Positions 61,291-64,000 of a stretch of DNA of 64,000 nucleotides are shown here, in pieces. The notes below the pieces were generated by a model. That model was not told where the DNA came from and did no database searches. It saw only the letters and a list, made by a program, of their open reading frames with translations. Made by a program: the position numbers and the translations under genes. This DNA comes from Isurus oxyrinchus (taxonomy: Eukaryota). Location: assembly GCA_026770705.1 (NCBI GenBank), contig JANJGN010000024.1:6262001-6326000 (forward strand). Reading direction: 5' to 3'. The stretch's first letter is position 1; every line of letters starts with the position of its first letter.

Positions 61291-61884
61291 AGTGAAGTTC
61301 ATTTTGTTAACCCTTTTACACACTGAAAATGAATAGTGTAATTCAAGTCCTGCAGAGATTGCTCATAACAAATATATTAGACAGATAGTATTGTGGCATT
61401 GAAATATAGAAAATGAGATTTGCAATTAAACTGAATGAAGTTTGCCCAAGGCTATTAAATTAAAGGCACCTTCCACTTGCATCTTCTGCTTACTGTGGAG
61501 AAATGTTTATTGCATCCATCTACTCTAGAATAAATTGTGAGACACTTATTTATTAATTCAATGACACATACAGACTGAGGAGCAGATTTTAAGCTGCAAA
61601 CAGTCTGGTTTTTGTAGAAGATTGTGTGATAGATATGGGACAATATGTATATACAGAATAGAAAAATACAGCTTTAGGGTAAGACCACTTTAATTTTGCC
61701 TTAAGTTGGCTATTTTATGTCCTAAGTATATTCCTATATAAATTTCAAATAAATAAATAGCTTTTGCTCAGTTTATTTTTTTACCAAATAATAATATAAT
61801 AAGATTAACTTTATCACAGCTCATTTATAGCCAGATATTCAAAGCCACAATCTCTTGATTTGCTTTATCTTTTCTCCTATTCCA

Positions 61885-62235
61885 GTCGCACTTGAAGACT
61901 TGAGCACATAACCTGCTAATATTTCAGTGCAATACTGAGGGAGTACTGCGCTGTCATAGTTGAATCGAAGTAAAGACTCTGTCTGCCTGTGCTGATGGCT
62001 CAGGTGGTCCCACTAAATTATGTGAAGGCGTGCAAGGTGCTACCCCAATAACCTGGCCAACATTCATCCACCATGTAATACCACCCAAAAAACAAATTAA
62101 CTGCTCTCTAATTTTGTCGTTTGAGGGATCCAACCATGTGCAAAATGGTTGCCAAATTTGTCTATCTATCAAATTTCAATGTACTGCAAAAAAGTAGTCC
62201 ATTGTATGAAGCTTCTGAAATGATAGATTCTGATA
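61885..62235 (+). mobile_element. Highly degenerate Deu-domain SINE
   Basis: CAGTGCAATACTGAGGGAGTACTGC, CTGTCTGCC and CCTGGCCAACATTCATCC. Confidence 0.5.
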
Positions 62236-62837
62236 GATGTGATTAGGTACCAAGAAAGGCGAGTCCTTCTTTTTATTCTTTTCAATCTCGGTAACCTTCT
62301 GTACTGCTCGTTTGACATTTAATTTGAATTCATCAATTGAAAAAAATATATCAGTCGACTTCTCTAATTCTAAATTTTCTAATTGGTTCAGTTTGGTTGA
62401 AGGGTGTATAATGAGAACAATCACCAGGAAAGTGGGCAAAGGTTCATTACATCAAACAGCATCTTATTCAATTTTTCAAGTTTGACACCTGAAACCACCA
62501 TCCCCTCCTGCTCCCCATTACCCCCATCTAGTTGTCATTTACTTGTACTGATGTAATCCCATGTTCACAGACCTTACTCTGTGGACTGGCTACACGGATT
62601 CTAAGCCAGCAGATACAGAGCCCTGAAGCAACTGCAGAAATAATTGCAGTTGGTGTGCACTAGATGATTGGTACTGTCAGTTACTGTAATGGGATAGTGG
62701 CCTCAAGTCCTCTCTCCACACCACTTCACATTTCAGGCATTAAATCTACCACTTTATGTTCAAAAGATCTATACACTTTAGTGTGGTCAACAATGATGTG
62801 ACTGGTGACTGATTGAGTGAACAGTGAGTTAGGACAA

Positions 62838-63590
62838 CCATAGGCACAGGAGAAGGCCATTCAACCCATTGAGCATTTTCCATCGTTCAGTTAGATCACG
62901 GTTGATCTGTATTTTAGTGCAATTCACTCACCATGGTTCCATTTTACATAATACACTTGAGCAACAAAATTGATTGATCCCAATTTTGACATTTTTAGCA
63001 TTTTGAAAAGACAGGTAGAGTGAAAAAGGAGGGTGGGGGACCATCATAATAAAGGATGACATGAGGACAGATGTAGGAGAGAATATTGACTCAGAAAGGC
63101 AGGAAGTGGAATTAGTATGGGTGGAGAATAGCAAGGGTTAGAAAACTCTGGTTAAAGTAGTTTACAGGCACCTTAACAGTTATCCTGTTGGACACAGCAT
63201 TAAGCAATTGAAGCTTGTAACAAAGGTAAGTTAATAATTGTGGGGATGATAATTAATCTTCATACAGACTTGACAAATCAAATTAACAAAGGAGTCTGGG
63301 AAATGAGTTTGTAGAACACTTCCTGAAATAGTATGTTATGGAACGAAGTACAGGAAAGCTAATTGAGATCCAGTATTGAGGCAGAGTTAATTCATAATCT
63401 CATAGTAAAAATCCACTAAGAGAAAGTGATTATAATACAATTGAGTTCCTTATAATCTTTGAGAATGAGATAGTTGGGTCCAAAACAATAATCTTATGCT
63501 TAAATGGAGACAATTATATAGCTATGAAGGGAGAGCCGGCTAGGGTTGATTAGGTAAATAGGCTAAAAGATTTGTTGGCAAATATACATA
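62838..63590. mobile_element. CR1 fragments: inverted 3' tail (62838-63000) and plus-strand endonuclease remnant (63000-63590)
   Basis: AGGCCATTCAACCC tail; GAAAAGACAGG..GGAGGGTGGGGG, TATGGGTGGAG and AGTGATTATAAT (SDH-like). Confidence 0.65.
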
Positions 63591-64000
63591 GGCCAGAATC
63601 TCCGGCTCGGTGAGTGGGGGGAGACCCCACTTGTTGACGTCTAAAATGACAGGCAGTGATGTTGGGGATGCATCCCGTCGTCGCTGTGCGTCATTCGGAT
63701 CTCCAGTTCGGCGGGCGCACACCGGAGTCAGCTGCGCACCCGCTGAACTATCAAATGTATATTAAGGCCATTCAAATATCAATTTAAATGATTAACATAG
63801 CTGCCTGTCCAACCTTAAGGTTGGCGGGCAGGCATAGAGCCCAGGTGACCTTCGTATTTATCATGAAACCTCATCCACGGGCGGGATGAGATTTCATGAA
63901 GGTTTCTAAACTTCAATAAAGTTTATTAATGAAAAATTCATAGACATGTCCCAGCTCATGTGACACTGTCACATGAAGGGACATGTCCTAACTTTTTTTC
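63591..64000. mobile_element. Harbinger-type MITE (family A), cut by the window end
   Basis: Starts GGCCAGAATCTCC and is colinear with 2382-2770, including the TCATGTGACACTGTCACATGA palindrome. Confidence 0.85.

Noticed and set aside
62176-62439. ORF KLNQLENLELEK..KKKDSPF as a host exon
   Set aside because: No recognisable homology, weak splice sites, and the 3' part overlaps a SINE remnant.

Overview
Vertebrate genomic DNA, most likely a cartilaginous fish (shark), inferred from the repeat repertoire. It is mostly decayed transposable elements with AT-rich single-copy stretches between them. I see no intact protein-coding gene, rRNA, bona fide tRNA or CRISPR array. Content: several CR1 LINEs (one near full length, with an SGNH-esterase ORF1 and a 34-bp tandem 5' array), CR1/L2-group and RTE fragments, tRNA-derived and Deu-domain SINEs, three near-complete and two partial two-gene PIF/Harbinger transposons plus MITEs, Penelope-like termini carrying minimal hammerhead motifs (some as fold-back insertions with 12-14 bp target duplications), and a few candidate minus-strand host exons. 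The most unusual feature is a Gypsy/Gmr1-like LTR element (minus strand, about 17760-23325, tRNA-Pro PBS). Its gag and protease are followed by an intronless copy of the N-terminal coiled coil of the nuclear-basket protein TPR instead of integrase/RT. All calls were made by eye and from recalled family motifs, without database searches. Repeat boundaries are approximate unless a TIR or TSD is quoted.
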